NCBI GenBank assembly: GCA_016748015.1
Contig: JAAOMT010000052.1
Span: forward strand, 2,387-26,811
Direction: 5' to 3'
DNA from: Geosiphon pyriformis uo1
Taxonomy: Eukaryota > Fungi > Glomeromycota
Length of the DNA: 24,425 nucleotides
Of the stretch, positions 1 through 10,585 are shown piece by piece (within the stretch, counting starts at the first letter, position 1; every line of letters begins with the position of its first letter). Position numbers and translations under genes: made by a program. Below the pieces are notes generated by a model that saw only the letters and a program-made list of their open reading frames with translations, ran no database searches and had not been told where the DNA came from.

Positions 1-226
1 TATTAGGTTTAGGGAAGATAATGATATTATTTTCCCTTTTAATCCAATCGCTAGAGAGTGCGACAGCAAAATATGGTGATCTTGCTGCTAAAATTTGGGA
101 ATGAGCATGAAAAGTTCTAAAATTGGGCGCTTCGCCAACCATAATTCTAATATCAGAGAACTTCTGACTGTTAAATAAATTCCCAAAATCATTGGATAAA
201 GCGTGAAAGTATTGTTGGGGTGACAT
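1..226 (-). CDS. BTB/POZ-domain protein, N-terminal part (continues beyond the window start)
   Basis: ATG at 226-224 opens an uninterrupted frame: MSPQQYFHALSNDFGNLFNSQKFSDIRIMVGEAPNFRTFHAHSQILAARSPYFAVALSSDWIKRENNIIIFPKPN. SDIRIMVG and HAHSQILAARSPYF are canonical BTB motifs. CpGs are retained. The ORF track misses it because there is no stop in the window. Confidence 0.92.
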   Translation of the reverse strand, partial: MSPQQYFHALSNDFGNLFNSQKFSDIRIMVGEAPNFRTFHAHSQILAARSPYFAVALSSDWIKRENNIIIFPKPN

Positions 227-637
227 CGGTAAAATATGAGAGGTTTTTTTTCCTACGATCAGTGTTTATGCTACTTATATACTTATTCGGAGTTGGAGTC
301 ACATGTTAATCTGCACTTTATCGATTGATCGATTATTTCCGAGTTCCCAATTAAATATTTTCTTCGAGATCAAGATTAAAATATCTAAGCAGTCGAATTT
401 TCAATATACTATATAATAATAGCATTTTAAAAACATATACTTTATTTATGTTTTATATTATTTATCTATTATAAGTTTATAAGTTATTATTTTGGCAAAA
501 TAAGATTGATTTTACATCCAGATTTTTATTGACTAAAACTTTTTCTTTGTTATATTTTATTCTCAAACTATCGAAAAAATATTTTGTATTAAAATAAATT
601 ATTCAGAAATTGGTAGATTTTGGTTATTTTTACATGT

Positions 638-1278
638 TTACATTTATCTTTCCAAATATTTCAGATTGTTTAATCAAGAAGAATTTTCAATTAAAAGAGA
701 AAAAATATTTTGCTAATAAGTCTTTTATTTATAATAAAACTTAGTGATCAAATTTAATTATATACCCAAAAAAGTTTCAAGTAAACAATTAACTCGGTAA
801 ATAAAAGGTGTGGCCTTAAAATCAGTTAAAAAATCAAAAGAAAATTATTTTATACAAATGAAAATATGAAAAGTGAAAATAATATCCCAAAAACATTTAA
901 TAATTAAACTAACAATCAGATCATTAATCAGGTTAATGATTAAGCCAATAATTAATTTTAAAAATAAAGCGGTTATTTATATAATATTATTGCCTAATAT
1001 ATTATTAAATTGCAACACTGAGTCATTTTAAAAATAAATTTAAAATATTAATTGAATAATGAGAAAAACATGTTTATAAAAACAAATAATAATTAATTAA
1101 TTTTAAATTTCATTAAAATAAAAAATTATTTTTTAATAAATTAATTTTTGGTTTGTTTTTTATAATATTTTTATAATATTTTTTTACATTCATCTCTCCA
1201 AATATTTACATTCTTTAATGATAAAAAAATTTAAATTAAAAGAGAAAAAATCTATAATAAAAGCTAATGATCAAATTT
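638..1278 (+). repeat. Degenerate direct repeat of about 100 bp (638-755 and 1184-1278)
   Basis: ttacatttatctttccaaatattt...aattaaaagagaaaaaat...gatcaaattt versus ttacattcatctctccaaatattt...aattaaaagagaaaaaat...gatcaaattt. Confidence 0.6.
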
Positions 1279-1513
1279 TCTTTTATTCCTCAATTTAATT
1301 ATACAGTCTTAAATTATACAAAGTTTTAACTTTTTTAGGATGTTGAAATATTTTATTCGCGTTTTTTTATTGATTTTAATTGTAACTCTTATTCTTTCTT
1401 GAAGAAAAAAATCTTATGGAAAAGCGCCATAATTCTTGTCAAGTTATTTAAATTGGTTTTTCTTATAATGCCTGCAAACTACCAAAAAAATTATAACCAA
1501 AATTTCTTTATAA

Positions 1514-2239
1514 AAATATTTCAATTGAGATTATTATTAATTTTTGGCTATAATAGACAGAATATAAAAATAAGTTTTCAGTATTACCCCATTTTAGCTG
1601 AAAATATTTTGAATATAGTCCAATTTTATTCTTTTAAAATTGTTATTAAATGATATCAAAATTATATTTATCTTCAATATAGTTAAGAAATTATTTTTTA
1701 ATAAACATAGTAATAAATATATAGAAAAATTTAAGTTAAAACTGTTTATTTTCATTTTTAAAAACTGGTCTTTACAAAATATTAATAAATATTTATTATT
1801 ATATATAAATTATGACTCATCAAATATTAATATAAATAAAATTAATATAATTTAATTGTAAAGAAGCCCAAAAAGATTTATCACCACTTTTTTATCTAAT
1901 TAATTCCCATATTTTGCAGTAGAAATTTGAAAATTCAAGTATTTTTCCTAATATAAACAGTGAATTTTTTTATGTAATATAAAATACTTAGAAACACCAT
2001 AAATAATTTTCTGTTATTCATTTAAATTTTGTTTAATATTATGCTACCTTTTTAATAAAAAATTTAAAAAATTTAAAATTTATAATATATTTTTCATTAT
2101 TATTAAGCAAAAAAGCCGAGCCTCTAATATTAGAAATTATAAAACCAGCATTATTAATTAGATTTCTTTTCTTATACTTTATTAGCAGTTTAAAATTTGT
2201 TAGCCAGATTAGATTTTTATAAACTATGATCTAATCTCA
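1514..2239 (+). repeat. Dispersed repeat copy A (inverted relative to copy B at 19015-20030), cut off by the gap at 2240
   Basis: Collinear match to the reverse complement of 19015-20030, e.g. aaaataagttttcagtattaccccattttagctgaaaatatt, cccaaaaagatttatcaccact and attaagcaaaaaagccgagcctctaa. It has two internal deletions relative to copy B. ORFs 1399-1653 and 1640-1855 largely overlap it. Confidence 0.85.
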
Positions 2240-2283
2240 NNNNNNNNNNNNNNNNNNNNNNNNNNNNNNNNNNNNNNNNNNNN
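2240..2283. other. Assembly gap (44 N)
   Basis: Run of N. Confidence 1.
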
Positions 2284-2869
2284 TTCCTTGATCTTGAGAA
2301 GTACCAGTTCCAGTATCATAACAACGTCCCAAGAAGAATTGTCCAAGAGAATCTTTTGCGTTCGCTGCTTTCTGATATTCCAAAAATGCTTTTGTTAAAT
2401 TAGGGATAGTTCCAATCCCATGTTCTAAAGAAAAGCCGAATAAAATATTGTCTATCGAACGCTTTGGATTTTTCTTATTCAAGCAATTGAACAAATTTTC
2501 AGGTGTTTTCTGATTGCGCACAAGATATTTTTTCACTAATTCAGCAACTTTTGAATATTCAATAGCTGGAAAAATGGCCAAATTTTCTTTGATAACAATC
2601 AATGTTCCTTCAAGCCAGTCGAGGGTTGAAGTTGCGTTTTCAGTTGATGATTTCAACCAAAACAAGTAGATTATTAAGCCTTGAATATTTTGTATGGGTA
2701 AAGAAAGAGTTCGTCTTGCTAATAAATAAGGATTTCAAACTCTAATCACATTCCTGAAAAGGCTAGGCCTTGAAAAATTAGAAACGTTGAAAACAAACAA
2801 CTCCTCGGCCAGATTGATTAAACGGGTAGAGATCGTCTGGGAACTCAAATGTGATTGTCTTATTGCTAT
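2284..2869 (-). pseudogene. Sel1-like repeat (HCP-like) protein, 5' part, interrupted by the gap; probably a young pseudogene
   Basis: Sel1 motifs FGFSLEHGIGT..NLTKAFLEYQKAA and GQFFLGRCYDTGTGT. The track start at 2665 is TTG. The same frame extends upstream to ATA at 2869 (IAIRQSHLSSQT...RNVIRV*NPYLLARR) with one TGA at 2737-2735, consistent with ATG>ATA and TGG>TGA decay. Confidence 0.8.
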
Positions 2870-4741
2870 TTTAATTTAAATGAGATTTTTTCGCGTAACA
2901 ATCGAAATGCTGCCTTCAAAAAAAATTCTTAATATCAAGAAAAGGTATATCACTCTACTTTATCAATGATAGGCTTTAATAATAAGTTTAAGTAATTTCC
3001 TTGGCTCTCACTGGTGTAAATTTTATCTTGGATTTTTGGCGTGTCGATACACCAATTTAATTAAACATTGTTTAGAAACTGTTTAATGAATTTTATCATG
3101 GAAAAATCCTTATTCAATGAAGCAATTTCAATGAGAATGCGTGACATATAAATTAATTATTTCGAGAAAATCACATTATCAAAAGCTAAAATATTTGCCA
3201 AATTTTCGTTTTAGTTTACTCTGAATCGGACAATAATATTTATTAAAAATATTTTAACATATAAATAATAAAAATAAAAAATATAAGAGTAAATGTGTTA
3301 AAACACACATCAAAAAATTATTGATCTGTTGCATTTTGGCAACTAAAATTAAATCTGAAGAGTTGACAAAAGATTGTTTATATTATAAAAATATAAAACT
3401 AAATTTATGGTGATAAATTATTTTTATTACTTAATACTCTTGAATTAAAAATAAACTAAAATTTATTACTTTTAAAGATAATTTAAAAAACAAAAAAAAC
3501 TTATAAAAATTGAAAAATTAATGAGTAATCATTTCAAATGGCTTAAAATATTTTTGCTTTAATAACTACAATTTATTTATAAATAAACTGTTTTTTATTC
3601 ATTTTAATTACTTATTAATGTTTTTATCTGGTTTATTGTTATAAAAACTTGTATTAGTAAGTTTTTTCATATTGTTATAAATAAAACATAAATTGGCTTT
3701 TTTGTAAAATTTATTTTAAAATCAAATTTTAGACTTGAGTTTTTACAGTTAATTAACCAGATAATTTGAGCACATAACAATAAACTAACCAACCAAATTA
3801 AACAATAAATTAAAACATTAAAGTTTTGTTATAGCCAAAAAAAAACAATTTATAATTTAAAGTCAAATGATTAAAAACTTTAACACTATTTTTGCATATA
3901 AAATTAATTATCGGGTCAATGTTTTATTTAACAAGTTTTTAAAATAAACAATAAAATATTATTACAAATTAACTAATTTAATATAACAGCAATAATTTAA
4001 TAAAATCTTTTGAGAACATTTTTTGATGTTATCAAAAAAATATGATACTAAATCTTAAAAAATTATATTTTGTAAATTAACAAAAATTTTAAACTATTTC
4101 TATTATGTCAATATGTTTTATAAATTATTTTGTACACATATATAATTTTAAAAATATTATAAATTGAAATAAAAAATTAATTAAAATTAAACGTTTTATC
4201 AAATTAACAATTGTTTTTTTTAATTAATTTTTAAAACTATCAAACATTAATTGTTAATTATTTTATTAAAATCAATTAGAATTCTAAAAAAAACATTTTT
4301 TTTTTACTTGATTTAAAACCAAGTATAAATCTTGTTTTTAATTTTTAAATAAAAAACAAATTAAAATTTTAATTAATTAATAAAAATTTTACTTCATGTT
4401 TTGTAATTATTATTTGTTTTATAAAACAATTCAATTTTGAAAATAGTTATAAAAAATATTTTATATTGTTTTATTTTTTAATTAATTTTAATTTTATTGG
4501 GTATTTATTATATTAATATTGAAAATCTTTTATTTTATTAAAATAATTATTATTTTTAAATACTAAGAATATTTTTTGTTATAAAATTAAATATTTGTTT
4601 ATTAAACAATAAATTTATAGTTTATATGTTAATTGATTGATTACTTCAATAATTTAAAAATAATTGAATTTTTCAATATTGAAATTTTTTGGTTGATAAA
4701 TTTTTTATATTTACTGTTGCAATTGCTTTTATTAATAAATA

Positions 4742-5030
4742 ATTGAGGAAGAAGGGAACAGCCAAAATATTTTAATGGAAATCCATCCGGGAGCCGGAGG
4801 AGATGAGGCTGGTTTATTTGTGAATGATTTATATTGTGTGTATGCTAATTTTGCTGTAAAAAAAGGTCGAAAAGTCGAAATAGTGGAAAGTAAACTCAGT
4901 TATGAAGGCAGTTTCTCAAATTTTTCTTTTCTGATAAGAGTAAAAAAGGGTTTTTAACTGTATAAAAAATAAAGCCGGAGTTCATCCAGCCCAAAGAATT
5001 CCTCGCACAGGAAAAAATGACAAACTACAT
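4742..5030 (+). pseudogene. prfA: Bacterial-type peptide chain release factor 1 fragment (PCRF domain), frameshifted
   Basis: IEEEGNSQNILMEIHPGAGGDEAGLFVNDLYCVYANFAVKKGRKVEIVESKLSYEGSFSNFSFLIR, frameshift near 4940-4950, then VFNCIKNKAGVHPAQRIPRTGKNDKLH. This matches the RF1 motifs EIRxGxGGDEAxLF and GVHRVQRVPxT. The PxT tripeptide (5001-5009) marks RF1 rather than RF2 (SPF). No intron; the N-terminal and GGQ domains are absent. Confidence 0.88.
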
Positions 5031-5714
5031 TTATAATTATATTTAAAAAATGTTTTTACCGGTTTTTTACATAATGTTTTTTTAAAAAAAATTTCAATAG
5101 TAATAATAAAAAATTTGTAGCAAATTCTTAAAAAAGTTTTTTCTTTATTTAATAATAGTTTTTTAAAAAATTATTATACATATTATAAATTGGAAATAAT
5201 TCCGGGTGGCTGGTCACGTGTAGAAAACGCATAATTCACATTTATATTAAATTTTGTTATTAAGAACAATTTGGAAAGCATTTTTTTTCGAAATTTAATA
5301 AGTGCAGATTAATCTTTCGTTATTTTTAAATAATCTTTGTTAAACTTAAGCCCTAAACTGATCCATTATTATTGATAATATGTTTTAATCTATAAGTTTT
5401 GCGCAAAAATGGTAATGTTCATAAAATTGTTTAAGACATATGATTCACATAACACATATTATATATAAGTTAATAAAACTAAGCTAAGCTTTAAAAATTT
5501 TGGCTTAAATTCAGCTTGAGCTCAACTTACTCGAGCTTTGTACCAAGCTAACTTGGCTCTTTTAAAGTTCCAGGTAAACAAACCTTTATTTTTTGAATAT
5601 ACAATTATAAAATTTAATAAAATTTTATTTTTTATTATAAATAATATATTAAAAACACATGTATATTAACCAATAAAATTTAATTATATAAATAAAAACA
5701 CGTGAAGATCATCA

Positions 5715-6990
5715 TTTAAAATTTCGGACTGATCTACATTTTTGATGATTATAAATAGTTTGCACCATAATCATTCAATTTTTTTCTCCTATAGATTCTC
5801 ATAATTTCTTTAAAACTTTCTACCTTACTAGAAATTCTTTGGGCAACTTTATATCATTATTAAAATAAGTTGAAACTTGTCTTGGATTTCTAGCAGCTCA
5901 TTGTCTTTTTGTTAATTTCTAATATAAATAAAGAAGTATTAATATTTCAAAATTTTATTTGATTAAAAATTTAAATGCGGTTGAGATAATTATTTGTTCT
6001 GCAAAACGCTATTATTAAAAAGCCTTCAATTGGTAAATATTCGTAAAATTGAACCCCACTAATGAACAATATTTGAAATATATATATATATATTAAATTT
6101 TTTTTTAAAAAACTTTTATTTAAGACTAAATTTATTTTCAAACACCTTTAATTTGTAAACCAGGCATTGTCGAGCCAACATTATTTAGACCAAGACAGTC
6201 AAATATATTTATTATGAATGCAATATCCAAGGAAACAATTAACACTTTATTTATCAGTTAAAATTGGTATTTTAAGTTATGATTCTGAACTTTTTTTGGT
6301 TTGATTAATTTTTAGTGGAATATGGATTTGATTTATCCAATTAATTATAGTAGGAGAGGTATAGTTTATATCTAGTTTTTTACACTTTTGAATTATTACT
6401 TTAGAGGCTAATTAGCTGCCGCTCTGGTTTTCTTGTATCAAAAAATAAAAAACTGATACCATACAAATTCCAATAATAATATTAAATTTTCTCGGAAAAT
6501 CAACCTTGAATCGTATTTGATTATTAAAAAGAACCTATTTTATTGATTTTTAAGAAGGATATAAAAGAGTTTTATAGATTATTTATAATTTTTGAAAGAT
6601 ACACTAAAAAAAAATTATATGTATCAAGCTTAATTGTTTGTTTAGAAAATCTCATTTAAATAATATAAATGAAGTAATCGATAATATAATTTTTATCCTC
6701 TTTTTGAAAATATTTTTCCTAAAACACTATATAAAATTTTAATTAAATCTAATTTATAAAAAAATCTATTATATTTTATTTTTTGTTATATTAAAAAATT
6801 ATTAATTACCTTAAAAATCTTTAGAGCGCAACTTCATTCACCATAATATTATTTAAAAATAGCACTCTCTTCTTCTTAATAATAATTCTCTTCAGCATGC
6901 TGACAAAAACGTTTTTTTTGGATTCAACTTTGAAAGTATTTTGAAAAGAATCATCACCAAGAAAGAACTAGGAAGAGATTTAAAAGTTAA
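5715..6990 (-). pseudogene. Crinkler (CRN)-like protein pseudogene, multi-exon
   Basis: Minus strand reads LNLFLVL/LGDDSFQNTFKVESKKNVFVSMLKRIIIKKKRVLFLNNIMVNEVAL*RF (LWxx motif with TGG>TAA at 6823-6821), a GT donor at 6809, then LIHII near 6624-6613. This is the LWKV...IHIIV architecture of the fungal CRN N-terminal domain. Further degraded coding-like exons run to about 5715; the C-terminal domain is unidentified. Confidence 0.6.
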
Positions 6991-7124
6991 CAAAGAACTG
7001 TTTTTATAATACTCAAAAACACATAATTATATTATTTACATTAACAATGTTTTTTTTTAATTAATTAATAAATAAAATATTTTGGTCTATTTAAATAACA
7101 TATAATATAAAACCAAATACAGTA

Positions 7125-9264
7125 TTACAAAGTTTGAATATTATTTAATTTGTCTAATTCTTCAAGAATATTATCTGGAATTCTTCTATGAGATTTATAT
7201 TTTTTTATAGCATATTCTATTAATTTTCCACTAAGATCTTTTCTATAAAGATTCATATAACACCAACATTTTCTTGAAAATCGTCTAATAGTTATTAAAG
7301 ATACTGATTTAAAACTTTCAGGCACTGTTCTTTGTAATTCTTTTCATGAATATTCACATTTGCTATGTACATATCTTTTAGCAGCTCCCTAATATCTTTC
7401 AATAAAATTTAATTCGCAATAAAATTTTGGAAAAAAAATGCACTTATGTCTCATACTTTTGATTAATTATTCAATTACATTTTTTTGAGCAAAAAAATTA
7501 GATTTCAAAGATATTACTCGATGTGCACAACAAGAAACTCTTGAAGAATCTTTTGTATTTTTGACATTTTAATACTAATTCTTTTAATGCCCATTTTCCT
7601 CATTCTATTAATACTTGTTTAATTCCTTTAAGCAATTCTCAAAGTTTTTCATCTGAATATGTTTCCAGGAAGATCATCAATTGTAATTAATTATCTAATC
7701 CAAAAGAAGTATCTTGTATCAATGATTGCTTTCCACCTGGACTTAAATTCATCCTGCTTACAATTAAAGCATCTTTACTAAATGCTACATGATTAAAGCT
7801 ATTATTAAAAGTAAATACAGCTGTACAATCTGAATATAATTTCTCAAAAATTGGAATTACTTTATATTTAATTTGTTTAAGAAGATGGTTTGCTGTCTAA
7901 TAACTATTTTGATTTATACCAGGTTGCAAATAGTATCATGTCTCTTCTGGTATATTAGAATAGTTTTCTATATCATTTTGTTGTAAACGTAAACGTCTAT
8001 CAATTTCAGTTAGAAATTCACTAACCATGATTGATCTTCCATTTCCTTTTTTTCTTAGTGGCAAATTTTCATGTTCAGCCCATATGCCATGCTTGCCATC
8101 ATTTGAATAAAAAATACATTCATCATGGACTACAAGAACTCTTTTTTTCTTTTCATTAAGTAAGTTAGGATGTATTTGATCCATAAATTCACCTTCATAC
8201 TTTAACATATATTTTTCATGTTCATATATTTTTTCTAAAAATTTTTTTCGAGATTGCAAAACATCATTTCTTTTATGTCCATCATAATATAAGCCTTGAT
8301 GCTGTTGTTAGAATGAATAACCAAAAATTTTGAGCCATTTTATTGCAGGCATAAGACTAATAATTTTTTCTTTCATTATTCCAATATTAGAAAACAATTT
8401 ATGTTCAATGAATTTTTTAAATATGGCTAAAGTGACATTGAAATTTTGGTTTCTAATCCAAATATGACATCTTTCCACAATGTTTTCATCATCAATTATT
8501 CTAATTGTTTTTTGGTGTTTTCCATGTTTTGATGTTGGAAACTTATCATTAAGCAATCAATACTTTGCAAAATATTGAATTTTTCATGCTTTCTATATAT
8601 TACCATCAATAAAAACCTTTTGGGCAATTTTCAAACTGGCATTAATTTTTCCATGTCTATTATTATTATTTAACAAGGTAAGATATTCAAAAATAGCTCT
8701 TTTTTAATTATATTTGAAGACAGTTAACTAAGCATGTTGTTTTTCTAAATGTTTTTTTAACTCTTGCCCTTTTTTTATTTGATTAGTATACAGATCAATC
8801 TTACTTTCTGAATTGCTTGAAGATTCATTACATTCGGGCCATTGTAAGTCTGTAATTTGAGCATTACTAATATTAAAAAAAGTAGTAATTTTTTTAGTTC
8901 TAGCTGCTGCTTTGATGAATAAACTATTTGGTTTATATTTATTGTAATAGGTTGACTTTGGTATCTTTTTTGTCATGTAAAGACTTCACTTCTTTTTTTT
9001 TAGATGGTTGTCATTTTTCTATACTAAACTAAGTTTTTTTAATTTTGTATTTATTCTAATTGTGGCTTCCATATCTTTTGTATTATTCTATCTACTGTCA
9101 TCATTGTTGCCCCACTTTCTAAATCTAACATCCAGTCTGTTAAATTTATTTACTTCAATATCATAATTATTTATTGAAGTGGTACGATGTGTTTTTTTAT
9201 ATGATCCTTTTGCATTTCTAATTTGATTTTTAGCTTTTCTTTTTCCTTTAAAATTAAGTGGCAT
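7125..9264 (-). mobile_element. Decayed IS630/Tc1-mariner-superfamily DDE transposase gene (single gene split across track ORFs 8728-8976, 8308-8556, 7936-8259 and 7125-7325)
   Basis: Probable ATG at 9264 (MPLNFKGKRKAKNQIRN). Motifs: YYDGHKRNDV, VVHDECIFYSNDG (D1), LRKKGNGRSIMVSEFL, VFTFNNS (D2 mutated to N), MNLSPGGKQ, KGIKQVLIE*G, FFPKFYCELNFIERY*GAAKRY (E), KKYKSHRRIP. Many in-frame stops arise from TGG/CGA/CAA codons. Element ends were not identified. Confidence 0.88.
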
Positions 9265-9632
9265 TTTTTTATATAATGTGATGTTAATCTAGTGTGTAAT
9301 TAATGCTTAGACAGAATTAAAAGATTTAAACTGTGTAATGTTGTACAATAAAATTGTATTACAATGGAAATGGCGTTTTTAATTCAAGTATATATCTATT
9401 TTTTAAATCTTTTTGGTTCCAATTTAAACTTTAATTTCTGTTTTGTAGTTCTGAATAAGAAGCAATCAAAAAAAACGCCTTCAGCATTTATCAAAAAAAA
9501 TTTTTTTTGAGATTGGGGAGATCATCTGAGCCAAAAATTCAGATAACATCAATAAAAATAGTTACCACAAAAACCTCTTTGACTTATGACAAAGAATTTA
9601 GGCAAAAAAGTTTAATATTGACAATTAAATAA

Positions 9633-10090
9633 CCAACTCAAAAGAAACCCAATTTTCAAATTGAAACCAATCCCTCAGAGCTGATAAAAGATTTATTGCA
9701 AATAATTGTTGATCAAAAAGATAGTAAGTAAAGATATTTGAGATAGATTTCAATTTTAGTATTACAGCCTAGTTGTAACCTCTTATTTTCATATTCAGTG
9801 GTCAACAATATGCTGAATTATTTATGAATTTACCATCCAAAAAAGAATATTCAGAATATTATAATGTGATTGAAGAACCAAGATCCTTAAACATGATTGA
9901 GATTGGTACTATGTACTTCTTTCTCATTGGTCACTTAATACTTGACATATGTTTTTTACATCACATCAGTAGAAAATTCGAAAAAAATATTATCTATTTA
10001 TGAATTTGATCAGAACTTGCAATTGATTTCGAAAATGCCATGTATTTTAATGATAATTCACACATTTTCAAAGATGCCAAATTTTTACAA
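9633..10090 (+). pseudogene. Bromodomain protein pseudogene (Rsc/polybromo/Snf2-like bromodomain), intron-containing
   Basis: Spliced reading ELIKDLLQIIVDQKDSN|GQQYAELFMNLPSKKEYSEYYNVIEEPRSLNMIE|...SIYEFDQNLQLI/FENAMYFNDNSHIFKDAKFLQ. The ZA-loop LPSKK.Y..YY..I and NAMYFN motifs are present. The donor at 9902 reads AT instead of GT, and the third exon has a stop and frameshifts. Degraded coding-like sequence continues to about 11200. Confidence 0.85.
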
Positions 10091-10445
10091 GTGAGAAGTT
10101 TATTAGGCCTTTACAAAAAAATCTGGGTTTTATCTACTTAAATTAATACGTTTTATACATTTTTTGCATCAAAATGAATTCGTTAGAAAATATACAACAC
10201 TAACAAAAAAGAGCTATTCAAGTTTATGGGCTTTAAGACAACTTCAGTTCTTTCAATCAAGGTAAAGCCAAAGATCTTTCAATTACAATCTGATTCCTCT
10301 AAATTAACACCAACTGATGTAAGTTTTTTGATTACTGTGATAAGTTATTATATTGTTACAGTTCAAGAATTTAATAGGAATTATAAATAATATAAATTAG
10401 CCAATCATGAAATAGCACAGCAACAATTTATAAAAAGAAATAATT

Positions 10446-10585
10446 TACAAATAACAGCAAGCACTATTTTACAATAGCAGCAAGCACTCTCATGCAATAG
10501 CAGCAAGCACTATTGTGCAAAAGCAGCAAGCACTATTGTGCAAAAGCAGCAAGCACTATTTTACAATAGCAGCAACCACTATTTA
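10446..10585 (+). repeat. 23-bp minisatellite, about 6 copies (cagcaagcactattgtgcaaaag / cagcaagcactattttacaatag)
   Basis: The anchor cagcaa starts at 10455, 10478, 10501, 10524, 10547 and 10570, an exact period of 23. Confidence 0.95.

Noticed and set aside
1399-1855. Track ORFs 1399-1653 and 1640-1855
   Set aside because: Low-complexity K/I/N/F translations of AT-rich repeat copy A with non-ATG starts and no motifs.
1070-4430. Weak inverted similarity between about 1070-1165 and about 4340-4430 (also near 13180-13225)
   Set aside because: Almost entirely A/T, so it cannot be distinguished from chance by eye.
6897-9487. Possible TIRs for the transposase: atgctgacaaaaacgttttttttggatt (6897-6924) versus the reverse complement of 9464-9487 (atgctgaaggcgttttttttgatt)
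   Set aside because: The left motif lies inside the in-frame Crinkler exon, the match relies on a homopolymer, and there is no TA target-site duplication. Probably chance.
10446-10585. CRISPR-like appearance of the 23-bp array (also considered for the 40-, 68- and 139-bp arrays)
   Set aside because: There are no unique spacers: whole units are homologous tandem copies. No cas genes are present and the context is eukaryotic.
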